This document shows positions 15,231-15,465 of a DNA stretch of 15,465 nucleotides, one piece after another. Under the pieces are notes generated by a model. The model was not told where the DNA came from and searched no databases. It saw only the letters and a list, made by a program, of their open reading frames with translations. The first letter of the stretch is position 1; every line of letters begins with the position of its first letter. The translations under genes were made by a program, and so were the position numbers. The DNA lies in the sequence record NC_001338.1; one strand, given 5' to 3'.

Positions 15231-15465
15231 AAAGAACGGCTTAACAGAACTAGAGCAATTAAAGAAAGAGAACGAAGAGTTGAGAAAGAAGTTAGAAGAG
15301 TTAGAGGCGTTGATCAATAACGATAGCGATGACGACGAAGAGTTGCAGGAAATCGAAAACCCGTACACCGTTACAAACCGTGCAATAGATGAATTAGTAA
15401 GCCCAAAGGACACAATGTTCTATTTGTCGGGAAACCAGATATCGTTAATCTTAAGTGCTTTTGAA
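15223..15465 (+). CDS. a154: 5' part of A154 (coiled coil plus acidic linker), continues at base 1
   Basis: MAKKNGLTELEQLKKENEELRKKLEELEALINNDSDDDEEL...SAFE; GGTGAG SD upstream; open to the window end. Confidence 0.93.
   Translation, partial: MAKKNGLTELEQLKKENEELRKKLEELEALINNDSDDDEELQEIENPYTVTNRAIDELVSPKDTMFYLSGNQISLILSAFE

Noticed and set aside
7782-15413. Other short track ORFs (5960-, 7782+, 8312-, 8457-, 8843-, 11333+, 12134-, 12683-, 13241-, 13764-, 14903-, 15198-)
   Set aside because: Nested in or antisense to better-supported genes with no independent signals.

Overview
This window is the complete circular genome of an archaeal fusellovirus, which I recognise as Sulfolobus spindle-shaped virus 1 (SSV1, 15,465 bp). 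It was linearised inside an EcoRI site (…gaa|ttc…): a 154-codon ORF (a154) reads in frame across the end/start join. Layout: (i) an SSV-type tyrosine integrase (d335) containing a 44-bp attP equal to the 3' half of a tRNA-Arg(CCG); (ii) a minus-strand early block (f112 to f92); (iii) a ~0.8-kb repeat-rich control region with ATAGATAGAGT operators, b49, the f55 repressor and an AT-rich origin-like element; (iv) a plus-strand early block of RHH and C2H2 zinc-finger genes; (v) a291/c124; (vi) the structural block (VP4, B78, C166, B115, VP1, VP3, VP2); (vii) a conserved block ending in a154 and the P-loop ATPase b251. Most of this is a well-studied virus; ORF names and functions come from my recall of the SSV1 literature, not a search. 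The signals most worth follow-up: a 37-codon ORF with a PIP-box-like motif filling the f112-d63 gap; a 23-bp direct repeat exactly bracketing a132; a 28-bp inverted repeat around a nearly G-free 97-bp spacer (origin-like); the a291/c124 pair as a possible secreted toxin/immunity cassette; an ungapped similarity between B78 and the VP4 membrane anchor; and a possible stand-alone integrase promoter.
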